From Pelomyxa schiedti (Eukaryota; Protista; Evosea), in contig JAHLWZ010000702.1 in assembly GCA_020536535.1 (NCBI GenBank), positions 1 to 64,000 of the forward strand: 64,000 bases of DNA. The letters run 5' to 3'. The notes under the pieces were generated by a model, which did not search any database, was not told where the DNA came from, and saw only the letters and a list, made by a program, of their open reading frames with translations. A program made the position numbers and the translations under genes. Shown here one piece after another: positions 60,309 through 64,000 of this stretch; the first letter of the stretch is position 1, and every line of letters starts with the position of its first letter.

Positions 60309-61785
60309 ATGGGGAACCGACAGATCGAGGCGTACAAGGCCTCTCAACAAGCGGTTCGCATCCTTTGTTATTATTGGTTTATTGAATTTATTACATGACA
60401 TGACGTGACTTGATCTAGAAAATGAGCGAAACTACGTCCAGCACAACCACAGGTGCTGCTCGTCCTCCAGCGCAGGGATCCGTGTCTGAACTTGAGGCAA
60501 AGGCGTTTTTGGATGATTTAGAGGTACTTTCCGTCGCTTCTACCGTAATCTCACCTAATCTAAACTAATTTGCAGAAAAACCGCAAAGAATGGCGTGATT
60601 CTGCACTGGCGTTTTTGCAGGGGACGCACACGCGCCTTGGTGCAAAGGGTTTTGTCACTCAATTGCCAGCGGACGTCTTATCCCAAATCGTGTTCCTTCT
60701 GAGACCACGCACACTGTTGTTAGCTACGTGCTGCCCTGCAGGGTATGTACGCGTGTGGGATCTGTCGTACACAAGGTATATTTTCGCCTGGAGTCAAAGA
60801 AAAAACCTTACATTCAACAGAGTTGTGCATATGTTTGCCACTAATCCTGGAGCTTACCATGTCAAGCTTACCGATAATGAAGTTATATGTGGACTACAGA
60901 GAGGTATTGAGATCTGGGACATGTGGCAGTGCAATAAGCGTGATGCTTCTCGTACACCGTCTATACCTGGAACTGGGTAAAAACTTGTTGATATTAACCC
61001 TACAATCTAACAACATAACTTCCAAGGTGGGCTGTTGATGTTGGTGGCGATACTCTTGCCACTGCTCATACTGACCGCACGTTTACTGTGTGGGACATGC
61101 GCTGTGAACGACCTCCAAGAGAACCAGTCACATGTGCTGATTGGATCCATTGTATTTGCGTTATGTCAGCATGTGATGTTGTACTCTGCGGACTGCGCAA
61201 TGGAGATATAGAGGTCTGGAGTGTGACTGGGAGAGATCTCGTGAAGAAGGGACGCATGCAAGGTCACACTGACTCGGTCACCTGTTTACAAGCGTTGAGG
61301 TTTCTGAGATTTTTTCTTTGGCATCCACTCACGTGTTTTTTTTTTTTTTTAATTGCAGCTCCTATGCAGCCCACAAGCACCTGGTGATGTCCGGATCCTA
61401 TGATGCAACACTCAGATTGTGGGATATTGATAATCTCACTTGTGTACGGACTTTCTCAGGCCATACCCAAGGAGTGTTGTCCCTGTGTGTAAGGGGAAAC
61501 ATGCTTGTGAGTGGCGCTGGAGAAGGAGTTCGCGTGTGGGACCTTTCTACAGGTGACTTGATGCACAAAATGGTACATGAGGAAGCCCTCTGTGTTCAAG
61601 TTCTGGATGAAACAAAGGTTGTCTCTGGTGGTGCAGATGCAAACATAAAGGTAACGATTCCCTGTTGTTTTTTTTGGCTTTTACCAATAGTACACTCACA
61701 GATTTGGGATGTTGAGACAGGAGATGAGGTCATTTCTATGAATAATAAGGGACATGTCTTCTATATGCAAGTCATTTACGTTTAA
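60309..61785 (+). CDS. WD40-repeat protein with N-terminal F-box-like motif
   Basis: Repeats GHTDSVTCL...SGSYDATLRLWD, GHTQGVLSL...VRVWD, SGGADANIK|IWD; upstream motif ALAFLQGTHTRLG....LPADVLSQI. Confidence 0.88.
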
Positions 61786-61883
61786 AACCCACCTCACCGC
61801 CACATGTAATCGCATCAAGAGTCACTAGCACCCTTCTCTCCATACATACCCCCAGGCCCACCCTTAAGTTAAGTTTCAAAACA

Positions 61884-63251
61884 ATGATTTGTTACCAGAA
61901 ATCACTCCTTTTTTTTTTGGAAGAATTGCTGTTGGTGGGCAATGTTCACGCGGAATTTCTCAGCAGTGTTTGGTCGACCCAGGCCTCTTCTGTGCCGTTT
62001 CAGTTGTGATGCTACTGCCGATGTTGTTTACTTTCCTGTATGTTATGAGATGCACTACTATGTTTGGCTTGTTCACCCAAAATGCTTTAGGGGGACGTAC
62101 AAAGTATGAGAGAGGAAATGTTAGAATCGTATGTCCGTGCTTAGTCTAATGCATGATAATTAACTAAGTGAGAAATGTTATTAAAGACGGTTGGTGTTAG
62201 GGACACTTCACGGGACTACGTGGAGTACTGCTTTGAGAATATGATTGAACTCCTAGCAAGTAAATTTGCTCCGTGCAATGTGTTTCTTGTTAAGTTGGTT
62301 CACACTCTTTTGTTTTCAATTTTTCATGACCAAGGGCTAGGCCGGTAAGGTATGATGGCTCCTTCAACCACTACGACGACTTGATAATGCCAGGAATTGC
62401 TGTTGTAAACCTTAAAGCCATGATGGAGGATGCACGTACTCAGTTCTCTACATCTGGTATAAATTCTTTCAGTCTGTGGCAAAAATTTATTCTCTTTCAG
62501 AAGGAGGATTCCCCACGCGAAATGATCTTCCTGTAAAATTAATTGCGTTCAGCAAAGGTAAAACCTTCGGAATGTGTTAGTGAAACATCTTTACAATATT
62601 CAAGGAGCCGTGGCTATTAACCACCTTCTTGCGGAACTGGCTACTGTCTGTGCAAATGGTTGAATCTTGTTATACCATGCATTCATTAACGGGGATTCCA
62701 GACCCTTCGGGTCTTGTTTTGGACTGGGAAGTTGAAAACAAGCAAGGACGATGGAGTCTACCTACCTGGGGTATTTTTAACGTTGATAGTATTCGTACAT
62801 TTACTGTTTCTCCTTGTAGAACCATCAATGCGCATTTCCCGGACAGCGAGTCGTAACAGTTTTCTTCTGGCTCATAAAAGTGATGTAATTGATTTCTTTA
62901 GCCATGTTGAGCAACTGCACTGGGTAGACTGTCACAGATTCCCCACAAATCCTGTTGTTGTATCTGCTATAACAACTTCATTCCCAAGTCTCATCAAACC
63001 ACTTGGCGTTTTCTTACATTCCACTCCAAGACAAATGAAGGCATACTTTTTTTTTCACGACCTATTGCATTCCTAACAATAAAACCCAGGATAGAAGTAG
63101 AAAATGGATTGCTGCCGAGCACAATGAATTTGTGGCACAAGTGCAAACCCACAATGACCCAGCAAACTTGAAACTGCACGTGAAGGAGTACCTATCAAAC
63201 GAGCCTCCTAGTATGGAAAACCACTTTGCAGTCCTCAAACTCTTCTGCTGA
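61884..63251 (+). CDS. C2orf69: C2orf69/UPF0565-like alpha/beta-hydrolase-fold protein
   Basis: VVYFP|GDVQ, LIAFSK|GAVAINHLLAEL, LHWVD, LHSTPRQM, SMENHF. Start codon is approximate. Confidence 0.75.
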
Positions 63252-63377
63252 GTTCATTTGCCTCTTTGTCTCAACTCGCCAGATTCCTGTTATGCGCCAA
63301 ACCTTTTTTTGGTACACAAGTACCTTCGTCTAAAAAAAAACAACAAACCAATCACACAACGGGAAACAAAACAAAAA

Positions 63378-64000
63378 ATGAGCCAACAGGACGAGTGGGG
63401 GTTCACTGAAGCTCAACTGACGACCGACGACGGTTACGGCTCAACGACCTCCGTCGCCGCCGGGGGTGCCGACTACTCCATTATGGGAGCCTACTCCGCC
63501 GCCACCACCTCGGAGTACCCCGTTGCCGTCCCCGGGCTCGTGGGGACCGACGACTACGCGTCGTCCCCCTCCTCCTCCTCCTCCTCGGCCTCGTCCTCCC
63601 TGTCCTCGTCGGCGGACGACTACGTAGCGTTCATGCCGCCCCCGCCGCCCCTGGCCGCCCCGGCCTCGTCGGCGGACCTCCTCCTCGGCAGCCCCAGCGT
63701 GGTGGCCGTGAAGCCCTCGGTGTCTCCCCCTCCCCCGCCGCCGCCCTCGCCCCCGCACCCCTCGGCCGACGCGGTCACCACCTCCAACGCCGAGGACGAG
63801 TACGGCGGCGTCACGCTGGTCCTCAGGAAGCTCTCCTCGCCAAAGCCGTCCCCGGCCCTCCCCGCCCTGCTGCTTCCGCGAAAGGCCAGCGGCCCAGTGG
63901 GCTACACTCCCACTGCTCTGTGTGGGAATGGGAATGGAAATGGCAATAATGGGAGTTCCAGTTGCTCCTTTGCTTCTTCTTCTCCTAATATTGCTTATGC
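63378..64000 (+). CDS. 5' part of a gene with low-complexity Ser/Pro-rich N-terminus, truncated by the window
   Basis: ATG after an A-rich leader; the frame stays open to the window end (MSQQDEWGF...). GC-rich like other first exons here. Confidence 0.6.
   Translation, partial: MSQQDEWGFTEAQLTTDDGYGSTTSVAAGGADYSIMGAYSAATTSEYPVAVPGLVGTDDYASSPSSSSSSASSSLSSSADDYVAFMPPPPPLAAPASSADLLLGSPSVVAVKPSVSPPPPPPPSPPHPSADAVTTSNAEDEYGGVTLVLRKLSSPKPSPALPALLLPRKASGPVGYTPTALCGNGNGNGNNGSSSCSFASSSPNIAY

Overview
Compact, intron-dense eukaryotic (protist) genomic DNA, standard genetic code, with about 27 protein-coding genes or fragments split by many ~40-60 nt GT-AG introns. Because of the introns, the ORF track shows only exon fragments; gene coordinates below are hand-spliced estimates. 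The gene set suggests an anaerobic amoebozoan, possibly Pelomyxa-like (inference only). Conserved genes: 5S rRNA at the window edge, SET methyltransferase, PNKP, divergent Arf/Arl, adjacent G6PD and 6PGD, OCRL/INPP5B, two TKL kinases (one a pseudokinase), DUF2009/B-box, PIKfyve, sestrin, ZCCHC17, RhoGAP, AKR, ODC, vWA, ATG101, WD40 and C2orf69-like. An accessory block at 5.0-10.2 kb holds a divergent EF-1alpha-like C-terminus, a 100-N gap, three intronless paralogues of an unknown family and a 1.2-kb non-autonomous TIR element. Most notable: (1) an intronless globin/phycobiliprotein-like gene with a C-x-R-D motif, convergent with a prokaryote-type multi-[4Fe-4S] protein gene; (2) an N-terminal motif shared by the unknown family and a WD40 protein, possibly an F-box-like adaptor module; (3) a CBM48-EEP phosphatase fusion; (4) the G6PD-6PGD gene pair. 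All family comparisons are from recalled motifs; no database search was run.
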